Source: Alphaproteobacteria bacterium (lineage in GTDB: Bacteria > Pseudomonadota > Alphaproteobacteria > Rs-D84). Taken from it: 64,000 nucleotides of DNA. This document shows, one piece after another, positions 19,258 through 28,995 of the stretch. The translations under genes and the position numbers were made by a program. Where the stretch lies: contig JAFRSF010000024.1 in assembly GCA_017427715.1 (NCBI GenBank), positions 30,268 to 94,267 of the forward strand. The letters run 5' to 3'. Each line of letters opens with the position of its first letter. Position 1 is the first letter of the stretch. The notes under the pieces were generated by a model, which saw only the letters and a list, made by a program, of their open reading frames with translations, was not told where the DNA came from and ran no database searches.

Positions 19258-19410
19258 CAGTATTGAATTATGATAAATTGATATGGGGTGTTTCGTTCAA
19301 AATTTGTTCTAACCCTATAAAAATCAGCATTTTTTAACAAAAAACATTTTGTAATATTTGCCAACTTATGCTAAGTTGATATAAATGCATAAATAATAAT
19401 GGGAAGTATC

Positions 19411-19596
19411 AAAAAAAAATTCATTTTTACCACGAACGAATTTTATTGCTTTTCAAATTTTTTATGTTATAGACAACAAACTTAAAACATAAAAACACAC
19501 TAAAAACAAAGAATTATAAGATATGAAAATTGTTATTTTTATCACAAATATTTTTTGATGTTAAAATATAGCGAGTCGCGTATCTATATAATTACC
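19411..19596. repeat. terminal inverted repeat, outer block (IR-A, right)
   Basis: Reverse complement of 8708..8891 with 1 mismatch (19490). Confidence 0.95.
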
Positions 19597-19604
19597 CATT
19601 TTTT
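19597..19604. repeat. candidate 8-bp target-site duplication, right copy (CATTTTTT)
   Basis: Identical to 8700..8707. Confidence 0.45.
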
Positions 19605-19650
19605 TGTTTTTTCGGTTTAAACACACTGTTAGCCACAAGCAAAGTGAAAC

Positions 19651-19678
19651 AAAAAAACACCCACAATAGTGGGTGTTA
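19651..19678 (-). terminator. rho-independent terminator of the DsbA-like gene
   Basis: ACACCCA/TGGGTGT stem followed by a T-run on the minus strand. Confidence 0.6.
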
Positions 19679-19702
19679 TCAAGGTATTACACACAATATA
19701 TT

Positions 19703-20524
19703 TTATTTCAAAGCATCCATGATTCTGCCGTATGGAATTGCACCAGGGAACGCTTTGTCACCGATAATTAAATATGGTGTTCCGCTGATTTCAAAACGTT
19801 GTGCCAATTCACGAACATTTCTCAATTCTTTGTTTACGACATCGCCTTTCATATCTTCTGCCAATTTTTTGGTATCCAAACCAGCTTCTTTTGCTAATTT
19901 CATAACATTATTTTCGATAATTTCAGGCAATTTTGCTTGATCTTTCAAATCTTCTTGTTTGTAATATTCTTTGTCCATCAACAATTTATCCAATGCAGCT
20001 GCTTTTGCATTGTCTTGGATTTTTGCAGCAATAACTGCCTTTGCTGGTGCATCAGACAAAGCCCCATGAATAGAGAAGTTTTTCAAAACCAGACGAACAT
20101 CATTACGTTCTGCTAATACACGCATCAAATCACCATGAACACGACGGCAATATGGGCAAGAATAATCAGACCACAAGAAAATAGTTTTCTTGGCATCTAC
20201 GTTACCTGCAATTGGTGCTGAACCAACCATTTCATCAGCATGCTTTGAAACATAATCACGAACGATTCTGTTTTTTGCTTCTTCTTGTTGTGCCTGCATA
20301 GCAGCAACCATTTCTTGCAAAATTGCAGGATTTGTTTTTGTTAAATATACAGGTGTAACCAAACGACATACACAGGCCGCCATCACGACAGCTGCAATTG
20401 CGTTAACACCTTTGTGCATCAAAATACCCGTAGTTGACGCTTTCTTGCCGTCCAGTTTGAACAATTTGAATCCAAACATGTACAAAGCAATTGCTATAAC
20501 CAGGATGATAAGTGTCCAAATCAT
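19703..20524 (-). CDS. membrane-anchored DsbA-family thiol:disulfide oxidoreductase
   Basis: Start moved to the ATG after AAGGAG. Two N-terminal TM helices. CPYC active-site motif (WSDYSCPYCRRVH). Confidence 0.8.
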   Translation of the reverse strand: MIWTLIILVIAIALYMFGFKLFKLDGKKASTTGILMHKGVNAIAAVVMAACVCRLVTPVYLTKTNPAILQEMVAAMQAQQEEAKNRIVRDYVSKHADEMVGSAPIAGNVDAKKTIFLWSDYSCPYCRRVHGDLMRVLAERNDVRLVLKNFSIHGALSDAPAKAVIAAKIQDNAKAAALDKLLMDKEYYKQEDLKDQAKLPEIIENNVMKLAKEAGLDTKKLAEDMKGDVVNKELRNVRELAQRFEISGTPYLIIGDKAFPGAIPYGRIMDALK

Positions 20525-20598
20525 ATTTTTCTCCTTTGTAATTGAACAATGGAATATTAGAAAAAAAAATCTATTTGAGCAACAAAAAAATGACAATA

Positions 20599-21246
20599 TT
20601 ATAATATTTTTCTACTTAATGGAACATCTACACCCTGGATATTGCAAATATTCTCAATAAATCGTTCTGAAACCGCCAAAGATAACGGCATTTTATACAA
20701 TTTATCTTTGTATGGCGCGCCACAATTTGCGCATACCGCCCGTCCAGTTTTAGGTGAAATATAACACAAATCATCTGATTTACCACACCCGGAACATTTA
20801 CTAAAATCCAACGCATACCCCAAATCCCCCAACAAACCAATTTCCCAATTCAAATATGATTCATACGGCGAATCGGTATGTGACAAATCATTTAATAATT
20901 GCAATGTCTGTTCATACAGTTTTTCATATGATTCACGTTCTGGAATCAAAGTGTAAATTAATGCAAAAGCGGCATTCATTATTTTTAGCAAATCAAATCT
21001 TAACATCAATGGCACAGACAGATTTTTTTCAGATTCCCAATGAAACACACCCAACTGAGAATCTAATCTTGCAGTCCAAGAAACATTGCCACATTGTCCG
21101 ACCAAAGGTTTGTTTTTCTTTGCGATGGCCGCTCCACGTAACATTCCAACCAAAACGCCATTATCTTTGGTAAAAATGCGTGCTATCATGTCACGTTCAG
21201 AAAACGGATACATATTTATCAAAATACCAGATGATTCTATTTGCAT
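20599..21246 (-). CDS. recO: DNA repair protein RecO
   Basis: 215 aa. OB-fold N-part and a C-terminal zinc motif CSGCG..CANCG. Confidence 0.8.
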   Translation of the reverse strand: MQIESSGILINMYPFSERDMIARIFTKDNGVLVGMLRGAAIAKKNKPLVGQCGNVSWTARLDSQLGVFHWESEKNLSVPLMLRFDLLKIMNAAFALIYTLIPERESYEKLYEQTLQLLNDLSHTDSPYESYLNWEIGLLGDLGYALDFSKCSGCGKSDDLCYISPKTGRAVCANCGAPYKDKLYKMPLSLAVSERFIENICNIQGVDVPLSRKIL

Positions 21247-21310
21247 ATCATGATTATAATAAATGAAAATATATTTATAAACAAAAATCGCCTGTCTAGG
21301 CGATTTCTGT

Positions 21311-22723
21311 TTATTTTACAATAAATCTGTCATAATTTTTCTGGTTTAATTTCACAGGATATTTACGTTTCAAGAATTGTCCGTAATCTTCACTGACATA
21401 ATGTCCAGATATATTATTCAATTCTTTGCGAATCGCTTCTTTTTTCTTGTTATCTGATTTCGGTGCAACATTTTTTCCTGTGTGTAAAACATAAAACGTG
21501 TCAACATCTTCAACAATGGTGTTTACACCATCATTACTTGCAAACGCAGCATTTAATACAACCAGTGGGGCGCCTTCGGTTCTGGACACTGTCGCAGATT
21601 TCGCATTCACCAAAGATTTACCGTTATTCAAATCAACCAATTTTTCATTTGCCACCACATAGGCATTTTTGCGTTGTTCTGATTTTTTCCAGCCCGCAAC
21701 CAAATCTTGTTGAACAGATTCAAATGTTGCGTTATGTTCCGCAACAACATCATCAATACGCAAAATTGCAAAGCCGTTTTTCAATTCCAACAATTCGCTT
21801 TCTATGCCAGTATTCATAGAAAACGCTTTATCAATCAAACCATCAGATAATATTTTATCAGATATTTTTTCATTACGCGCAAACAAAGGCACTTGGACGA
21901 ATTTAATTTTATATTTATCTGCAACTTCTTTCATAGAAGAACCAGAAATAATCATATCTTCAACCTGTTGTGCAACTTTAAATCCGGCGTCATATTCATC
22001 AGGTTTATTCATGTCCGCACCAACAAACACATAAGACACCGAACGTTTTTCAGGAATAACCTTTGGATTTTGTGCATAATATACCTTTAACTGTTCTGTT
22101 GTTGGTTCTGCAACTTTGAAATCCGCAAACTTAACAGGCACATATTTAATTTCACGTTTGGCATATCGACCATTATAAAATGCATCTACTGCAAATTGTG
22201 GTACGGCTACAGGCACAGTCATCACCCCAACAGCCATTTGACGCAAAATATCTGTCCGCAAAATATTTGCAAAATCTTGTTCCGTCATACCATATTGTTG
22301 CAATACCATATCAAACAGCCAAGGCACAAATTGACCCTGATTTTGAAACTGCGGATATGTGCGGATTTCATCTGCGATTCGTTTATCAGACACAAAATAC
22401 CCTAAATCTTTGGCACGATTCAACGCCAATTGATTCATCGTTAACGTAGACATAACCGACTGTGTCAACGCAGCAGATTTGACAGAATCTGTATATGCCG
22501 CACGTTGTTCATCTTTGGACATTTCAGATAATTTGCGTGAACGTTCATTATTAAACTGTTGCACAGAAATATCAGCATTGCCGACATGCAACAAAGTTGT
22601 GTCACGTGTCGCACTGCCAAAAATCCATTCAGCAGCACCCCAGCCCACAAAACTGAAAATCAAAATAAACATTAAAATCTTTGCCCAAGTTTTTTCGGCA
22701 GCATTACGTAAATATTCTAGCAT
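21311..22723 (-). CDS. PpiD-like periplasmic chaperone / peptidyl-prolyl isomerase
   Basis: Start moved to MLEYLRN.. (RBS AAGGTGA). An N-terminal TM helix is followed by a SurA-like domain. Length and architecture fit PpiD. Confidence 0.65.
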   Translation of the reverse strand: MLEYLRNAAEKTWAKILMFILIFSFVGWGAAEWIFGSATRDTTLLHVGNADISVQQFNNERSRKLSEMSKDEQRAAYTDSVKSAALTQSVMSTLTMNQLALNRAKDLGYFVSDKRIADEIRTYPQFQNQGQFVPWLFDMVLQQYGMTEQDFANILRTDILRQMAVGVMTVPVAVPQFAVDAFYNGRYAKREIKYVPVKFADFKVAEPTTEQLKVYYAQNPKVIPEKRSVSYVFVGADMNKPDEYDAGFKVAQQVEDMIISGSSMKEVADKYKIKFVQVPLFARNEKISDKILSDGLIDKAFSMNTGIESELLELKNGFAILRIDDVVAEHNATFESVQQDLVAGWKKSEQRKNAYVVANEKLVDLNNGKSLVNAKSATVSRTEGAPLVVLNAAFASNDGVNTIVEDVDTFYVLHTGKNVAPKSDNKKKEAIRKELNNISGHYVSEDYGQFLKRKYPVKLNQKNYDRFIVK

Positions 22724-22787
22724 TTTTTCACCTTTTGCGATACCATAGCAAAATAACACATATAAAATCAATAAAAAAGGAAAAATT

Positions 22788-23489
22788 ATGAAAATATTGG
22801 TTGGAAATTGGAAATCTAATGGAAATATGTCTGACAAAAAGAAACTTTTTGCTGCCATTGAACGCACAAAAACCGATATAAAAATAATTTTATGCCTGCC
22901 ATATACTTTGCTGTGTTGCAATAAAAGCAACAAAATCGCGATTGGCGCACAAAACATCAGTGATTATACAAATGGTGCATTTACTGGTGATATTTCTGGA
23001 CAAATGATACATGATACAGGTGCAAAATATGTTTTGGTCGGTCACAGTGAACGCCGCACATATCATCATGAAAATAATGCCATTGTTAAAAACAAAGCCA
23101 ATTTGGCCGTTCAAAATAAACTGATTCCCATTATATGTATAGGCGAAACTTTGGCAGAACACCAATCCAATAAAACAAAACCTGTCATAAAAAAAATGCT
23201 ACTGAACAGCATCCCTGATTATGGCAATTTTATAATTGCTTATGAACCACGTTGGGCAATTGGCAGCGGCAAAACCCCCAAACAAACCGAAGTTGCAAAA
23301 ATACATCAAATGATTTTTGATATTTTGAAAAGTATTGATAAAGAAAAAACACCTATTTTGTTTGGTGGCAGTATAAATGCCAAAAATATAACCAGATTTA
23401 AAAACATACCGCATGTTGACGGATTTATGGTTGGACGCGCATCCTTGAAATCAGAAACTTTTTTACCTATAATAAAAAGCATGAATTAA
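22788..23489 (+). CDS. tpiA: triosephosphate isomerase
   Basis: Motifs NWKSNG, VGHSERR, YEPRWAIGSG and GGS. Confidence 0.9.
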   Translation: MKILVGNWKSNGNMSDKKKLFAAIERTKTDIKIILCLPYTLLCCNKSNKIAIGAQNISDYTNGAFTGDISGQMIHDTGAKYVLVGHSERRTYHHENNAIVKNKANLAVQNKLIPIICIGETLAEHQSNKTKPVIKKMLLNSIPDYGNFIIAYEPRWAIGSGKTPKQTEVAKIHQMIFDILKSIDKEKTPILFGGSINAKNITRFKNIPHVDGFMVGRASLKSETFLPIIKSMN

Positions 23490-23519
23490 ATGTATAATTA
23501 TAAAACATAGGATGTAATC

Positions 23520-24050
23520 ATGGAAGAAAACACAAAAAAAGAAGTAGAAATAGAAACTGTATCCATAGACAACAATGCATCACCTGAACAAAAAACCGTA
23601 GATTCAGAACACAGCATTAAAATCATAGAAGAATTAAATACAAAAATCGCTGAAACGAATGATAAGTATTTACGCATGGCTGCTGAACTTGAAAACACAC
23701 GGCGCCGCGCGACTTTGGACATAGAATCTGTATCACGCAATCGCGCGATGAGTGTCGCTGAAAAGTTTTTACCGGTTATGGATGCTGTTGTGGCTGCTTT
23801 GAAACACAATCCAGATGACGAAGGTGTAAAATCTTTGCAAAAATCAATCGAAAATGCGTTCAGTCAAATTGGTATTGTTAAAATAAATACCATTGGCGAA
23901 ATATTAAACCCACAATTTCATAACGCAATTCAAATTGTTGACAAACCAACACCAGAAACTGCAACTAATACCATTGTTGAAGAAATGCAAACCGGGTATA
24001 TGTTCGGCGATACAGTATTACGTACTGCAATGGTTATTGTTTCTAAATAA
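23520..24050 (+). CDS. grpE: nucleotide exchange factor GrpE
   Basis: YLRMAAELENTRRR motif and a length typical of GrpE. Confidence 0.9.
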   Translation: MEENTKKEVEIETVSIDNNASPEQKTVDSEHSIKIIEELNTKIAETNDKYLRMAAELENTRRRATLDIESVSRNRAMSVAEKFLPVMDAVVAALKHNPDDEGVKSLQKSIENAFSQIGIVKINTIGEILNPQFHNAIQIVDKPTPETATNTIVEEMQTGYMFGDTVLRTAMVIVSK

Positions 24051-24199
24051 CAAACATAACTTTATGAAATTAGGCAAAAAACACTTGTATAAAAATATAT
24101 AAATTGTTATCATAACAAAGTAAGGGTGTGTATTAACGGGAGAATAAAGCGATACACACACCGAAAAATATATTTTTATCGTTTTTATACGCAGTTTTT

Positions 24200-26401
24200 T
24201 TGTATGCATTGACTGTATTTATCCCCATTGATTTTGCCTATGCGAACGGTTGCACAGAAAATCAAATACCATTACCAGACGGAATAAATTGTGTTGATAC
24301 TAAATTGGCGATTACAACAACAAACATGTCAGCCAACACAGATTTTCAATTTGCAATTTCTGCCCAGGGAACTTTTTATATCGATTGGGGCGACAACACA
24401 GTTGAAATAATTACACGGAATAACACAATAAAAAACACATATTCGCACACATACACAACCACAGGCGCAAAAACTATTAAATTTGGTGGTGTCGCACTTG
24501 GATACAGCCCAAACACAGAAACAGCAGCAATCAGTTTTTCATTACAAACCCCCACATTGATAGAAACTGTATCTGGTTCACTTGGGGCGATATTCCCGAC
24601 ACTGGGTTCTGCAAATGGTGAACAACCGCGCTTTTATGAAACATTCAAAGGATGTTCTAATTTGACAAGCATTCCAGACAATTTGTTTTCTGGTATCACA
24701 GGTTCAACCGACAGTATGTTTCGTTCTACATTTGACAGATGTTCTCAATTATCAACCATCCCATCAACTTTATTTTCTGGTATAACTGGCACCGCACCTA
24801 ACCTGTTTCGCAGTACTTTTTACGAATGTGGCGCATTAAATACAATCCCCAACGGTTTGTTTAGTGGTATTACCGGCGCATCTAATAGTATGTTCAAGTT
24901 TACTTTTTATAATACAACATCCCTAACAGGATTTATTTCACCTGAATTATTCGCAGGATTAAACGGCGAAACCGCCACTGATTTAATGCAAAATATTTTT
25001 TCGGGTTCTGGTTTAATGACGTCTTGCCCAATTGGAACACATCAATTCATCACAGGTTACGAATCCAGTTGGTCTGGCAAAGTCGCATGCCAACCAGATG
25101 ATGACGATTGTGAAAACACAACATATTACGATTATTCAATGCATATGTGCAGAAATTGTCCATATGGATATACAGCCGACACAACCAACGGCAAAAAAAG
25201 CGAAACAGAATGTAAAATACAGTGTCCCGGTGGAACATGGACTGGACAATACACACAATTAGAATACATTGAAAGCACTGGAACACAATACATAGATACT
25301 GGCCATTTAATTTCTTCATCAAACATCAGCGGAAAATTGACAGTTTCAGCACCAATTGTAATATCACCAAATATCGGCGATTTTGCCGGTAATGTTGATG
25401 CCAGCGCCGGTCACAACACGAATTACAAAGGTAACAGTTTTGGTTTATGGGTTGTAAATGGCAACAATGGCAGCAAAATTACAATTTCATCACCATCTTT
25501 TGAAGCAAACACTTTGTATGATATCGCATATAATATTTCAGGCACGACCAGAACGCTTACAATCAATGACACAACCAAAAGCGGTTCATTTGTCGGAAAC
25601 ATTATTTCAACAAACACTTTTAAATTATTTTCAAATGGTTGTACTGGTGGTTGTGGCAATCAGATATTCACAGGTCGCATACACAAATTACAGTTATACG
25701 AACAATCTGTCGCTGTACTGGATTTAATTCCTGCACGTCGTGATTCAGACGGATCAATCGGTATGTATGACAAAATCAGCGGACAATTTTTTACCAATGC
25801 GGGCAATGATGCTTTTTTACACGGTTCAGATGTAACAACATTTGGTGGCGGAACATGCATAAATGTGGGGGATGGATATTACGCGGGTGCCAGCACAACT
25901 AATTTCGGTTCAGTCAGCACACGTAACCGATGTCCAAACAATGCGCCAACAAATATTCCAAACGCAACCAGTATTTCTCAATGTATTGGAACAAATGCCA
26001 TAGTATGTAATCCAGGTAATTACCTAGCGATGAACACCACACAATGCATACAATGCAGTGTTGATTCTTATTGTCCTGGTGGGGAATTTTGGTTTAACCC
26101 CACAACAACCCAAGGAATTTTTGCATGTCCATCCGGATTATATGCACCAATTGGCATGTGGGAATTGGCGCAATGTGGTCGTATATTACATATTGGCGAT
26201 AACATTGTATATTTGCGCAGCATCAAAAAAACAGAACCTTCATTAAACATAGATATTGATAATGATGGAATCCCAGATTTCTTTGGCAATATGACAACAT
26301 CAGATACCGTGATGACAAACGGCGCAACAAAATCATTCAAAGTAAAATACAATTCTCAAACATATTCAATATATGACGACAGCGTAACAATCGGACAATA
26401 A
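24200..26401 (+). CDS. surface protein with BspA-type leucine-rich repeats and Cys-rich/lectin-like C-part; true start unclear
   Basis: About 26-residue repeats (..C..L..IP..LFSGITG....MF..TF..). The signal-peptide-like sequence continues upstream of the listed TTG to 24149 with no ATG/GTG/TTG. Confidence 0.6.
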   Translation: MYALTVFIPIDFAYANGCTENQIPLPDGINCVDTKLAITTTNMSANTDFQFAISAQGTFYIDWGDNTVEIITRNNTIKNTYSHTYTTTGAKTIKFGGVALGYSPNTETAAISFSLQTPTLIETVSGSLGAIFPTLGSANGEQPRFYETFKGCSNLTSIPDNLFSGITGSTDSMFRSTFDRCSQLSTIPSTLFSGITGTAPNLFRSTFYECGALNTIPNGLFSGITGASNSMFKFTFYNTTSLTGFISPELFAGLNGETATDLMQNIFSGSGLMTSCPIGTHQFITGYESSWSGKVACQPDDDDCENTTYYDYSMHMCRNCPYGYTADTTNGKKSETECKIQCPGGTWTGQYTQLEYIESTGTQYIDTGHLISSSNISGKLTVSAPIVISPNIGDFAGNVDASAGHNTNYKGNSFGLWVVNGNNGSKITISSPSFEANTLYDIAYNISGTTRTLTINDTTKSGSFVGNIISTNTFKLFSNGCTGGCGNQIFTGRIHKLQLYEQSVAVLDLIPARRDSDGSIGMYDKISGQFFTNAGNDAFLHGSDVTTFGGGTCINVGDGYYAGASTTNFGSVSTRNRCPNNAPTNIPNATSISQCIGTNAIVCNPGNYLAMNTTQCIQCSVDSYCPGGEFWFNPTTTQGIFACPSGLYAPIGMWELAQCGRILHIGDNIVYLRSIKKTEPSLNIDIDNDGIPDFFGNMTTSDTVMTNGATKSFKVKYNSQTYSIYDDSVTIGQ

Positions 26402-26535
26402 TCAAAAACAACCCCATCTGGTTCCCCAACAGTGGCGGGATAAAACCAAACTGCAACAAAGATACAAGAAAACCACCCAATCACACTTTGTTATCATGTG
26501 AAAATGCGGGTGGTATAGATTTTGTATTGTGTATC

Positions 26536-26775
26536 CTATTTCTTTTTTGCCGTCTTCTTTGCTGTAGATTTCTTGGCACCACCTGATGGCATATTTTGGT
26601 ATGCGTGATACAGATTTTCAACACACATATATATAATCAATGCAGATATTACTGTAAATAAACCAGCAATCAAATCACGTGAAAAATAAAAGAAACAAAT
26701 CAACGCGACAATCAACACGATTGTATACGCAATGTTTTTCAACAATACTTTGCCCAATTTTTCAAGAAAATTCAT
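26536..26775 (-). CDS. small membrane protein with Lys-rich tail
   Basis: Start at MNFLEK after AGGGAG. Two TM helices. Confidence 0.5.
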   Translation of the reverse strand: MNFLEKLGKVLLKNIAYTIVLIVALICFFYFSRDLIAGLFTVISALIIYMCVENLYHAYQNMPSGGAKKSTAKKTAKKK

Positions 26776-26901
26776 GTTTTTCTCCCTTGTTTGGTTGTAT
26801 ATAAATATCATACAACATCGTTGATTATAGCAAACAAAATATAAAACACAAACAAAAAAGCACCATAGATGTATGGTGCTTGATTAAGATGACAATTTTA
26901 A

Positions 26902-27645
26902 TTATAAAATCACTTGGCCCCCAACACGCGCGCTGCGTGGAATTGGACCAAATGCAGAACGCGGATTTACATAAATATTTCCTTTGACTGTAAACGCGCC
27001 ACAGAAACTTAATTTATCTACGTTGCGAATAAACAAATTACCTTTGATTTTTGCGCCACATGGCAAAGTATATTTACGCATATTTTGCAAAAATAAATTA
27101 CCATCTATTGTTACACCATTTGATAATACTGGCGCAGAAGGATACAAATCTACGATAATATCACCCGTTAGATTTTGTTTAGGCAATGATTTTGCTGGCA
27201 AAGAAACCTGTTTAACAATAATCGGTTTTTTAACGCCGATTGTTTTGATTTGTGGTTTAATACCTGTTTTTGCGTTTGTTTGTACTGGCAAAGCAGGTAA
27301 AGATTTTTTAATTGGATTACGGTTAACAACTTTACGATTGTCAATTACCTGTGATTTATTATCAGTATTATTACTTGCAATTTTCACAGATTGTTTGCAT
27401 TGTGTAACATTGATAATCAAACTGGTAAATAAAACGATAATGGCAACCAACAAAGTCAGATTTATCATACCAACAATATCAATACTTTTTAACCAATTCC
27501 AAATTGCTTTGCAGGCACGACAAACCAAGCGCCATGCTTTCTTACACAATTCCCAAGGAAACAAAAGCACTTTTTTGCACCATTGTTTAAAGTTATGCTT
27601 ACGATTATTACGTGTAGCTTGTTTTATTTTTTGTATTTTATTCAT
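26902..27645 (-). CDS. single-pass membrane protein, beta-helix-like C-terminal repeats
   Basis: Basic N-tail, TM helix, repeated GN(L/I)(F/Y)(L/I/V) units. A hairpin terminator lies downstream (26858..26882). Confidence 0.5.
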   Translation of the reverse strand: MNKIQKIKQATRNNRKHNFKQWCKKVLLFPWELCKKAWRLVCRACKAIWNWLKSIDIVGMINLTLLVAIIVLFTSLIINVTQCKQSVKIASNNTDNKSQVIDNRKVVNRNPIKKSLPALPVQTNAKTGIKPQIKTIGVKKPIIVKQVSLPAKSLPKQNLTGDIIVDLYPSAPVLSNGVTIDGNLFLQNMRKYTLPCGAKIKGNLFIRNVDKLSFCGAFTVKGNIYVNPRSAFGPIPRSARVGGQVIL

Positions 27646-27669
27646 ATCAAATCCTTTGTTTACATTTAC

Positions 27670-28044
27670 TTACCGCACATATATTCTCTTATGAATCATA
27701 TTCCACATATCCTGTGCTTGTGTATAATAATAATCTGCTTCATTTTTACGTTTTTTAATAGAGAATCTATCCATACTTATACATACATGACCATTGTCGT
27801 TTTTAACATATTGTATAAAACCACCAGTCATACAATCGAAACTGTACGAAATGCCACAATCGACCCCATTTTTGTAAAAACGTACTGAAACAGGAACCAT
27901 TTTGTCATTTTGTGTGGCTTCATAGAATGCAGACACACCATCTTTAACCTTTTCTTTATTTAATTGAGAAAGACAGACAGTATTTTCCTGTTCATCTGAT
28001 TCCTTTAAAAAATATTTACCTTTTACGTCAAAAATTATATTCAT
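27670..28044 (-). CDS. hypothetical protein (124 aa)
   Basis: ORF with an RBS (AGAGG). No motif recognised. Confidence 0.4.
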   Translation of the reverse strand: MNIIFDVKGKYFLKESDEQENTVCLSQLNKEKVKDGVSAFYEATQNDKMVPVSVRFYKNGVDCGISYSFDCMTGGFIQYVKNDNGHVCISMDRFSIKKRKNEADYYYTQAQDMWNMIHKRIYVR

Positions 28045-28210
28045 ACTATTACCTCTTTTCTGTTATGAGTATAATATAGACGATTTTTCACATTTGTCAA
28101 TAACTATTTTCAAATTTCATAAATTTATCTAAACGGACAACAAGTTAATATAAACATATTGTTATAATTATCTTAAAAAAGTGATACAATATGTTCATAA
28201 AAGGATTATT

Positions 28211-28777
28211 ATGAAAAGAAATCAAGTAATTTTGATATATGGATTACCGGCAAGCGGTAAATATACTATGGCAAAACAAGTACAAGAACACTGTGGTGGA
28301 ACATTATTTGATAATCATTATTTTTACGACATGTTTGAAGGGTTAACAGAAGTTTCTAATGAAAACCACTACAAGTATTTTAACAAAGTTGATACTGTAC
28401 GTAAGGCCTTTCTTGATGTTTTACGAGATTTTTATCCTAGAAAACAACATGTTCGGTATATTTTTACTTCAGGAATATTACGCGGTGAAAAATTGCCCAC
28501 AGTGTTACAAAAGTTTGCAAATGATATAAACGCTGATTTTATTCCAATTGAACTGAATGTTCGTGCAGATATTTTATTGGCACGATGTGATACAGAAGTA
28601 CGAAGAAACAGACGCGGGAAATTAACTAACAAAAACAAGTATAAAGATTTGTTAAAACAATATATGTCAAAAGTATGGCATTCTCGCAACCCAAATAGAT
28701 TAGTATTAAATTCAAGCGATTTATCACCAGAGGAAACTTTTAAACAAATAAAAAAACATCTAAAAAAGTTTGATTAA
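28211..28777 (+). CDS. P-loop kinase-like protein (AAA_33 / zeta-toxin-like fold)
   Basis: Walker A is GLPASGKYT near the N-terminus. Start moved to MKRNQV. Confidence 0.5.
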   Translation: MKRNQVILIYGLPASGKYTMAKQVQEHCGGTLFDNHYFYDMFEGLTEVSNENHYKYFNKVDTVRKAFLDVLRDFYPRKQHVRYIFTSGILRGEKLPTVLQKFANDINADFIPIELNVRADILLARCDTEVRRNRRGKLTNKNKYKDLLKQYMSKVWHSRNPNRLVLNSSDLSPEETFKQIKKHLKKFD

Positions 28778-28876
28778 TGAAGAAGTTTTATCATTTAATA
28801 TTTATTTTTTCAATCATTGCATCTTGTTTTTGTTTAGCATATTAATATGTATATTGAAAACTGCAATTTGACTGAT

Positions 28877-28953
28877 TGGCGCGCCCAGCAGGACTCGAAC
28901 CTGCAACCCACAGATTAGAAATCTGTTGCTCTATCCAATTGAGCCATGGGCGC
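28877..28953 (-). tRNA. tRNA-Arg(UCU)
   Basis: Hand-folded cloverleaf: acceptor GCGCCCA/TGGGCGC, anticodon loop TTTCTAA, T-arm GCAGG-TTCGAGT-CCTGC, encoded CCA. Confidence 0.9.
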
Positions 28954-28995
28954 ATGTGTGCGATTTTATATCAAAACCGCACTGATTGCAACTTT

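Larger units (their letters stand above)
8708..19596. mobile_element. IS1595-family-like cargo transposon candidate (10,889 bp) bounded by long terminal inverted repeats
   Basis: Terminal IRs, a flanking 8-bp direct repeat, two DDE (IS1595-type) transposase genes and one serine recombinase gene inside. Termini read GGTAATTAT. Confidence 0.6.

Noticed and set aside
8708-19596. The idea that the TIR-bounded element with an FtsK-like ATPase is an integrated PRD1/tectivirus-like or polinton-like virus
   Set aside because: I could recognise no protein-primed polymerase, jelly-roll capsid candidate or lysis genes. The DDE transposases, the 8-bp duplication and the IS1595-type termini explain the TIRs better.
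26984-27694. 236-aa plus-strand ORF fully overlapping 26902..27645
   Set aside because: The minus-strand product has a coherent architecture (basic tail, TM helix, repeat domain, downstream terminator). The plus-strand translation has no features.
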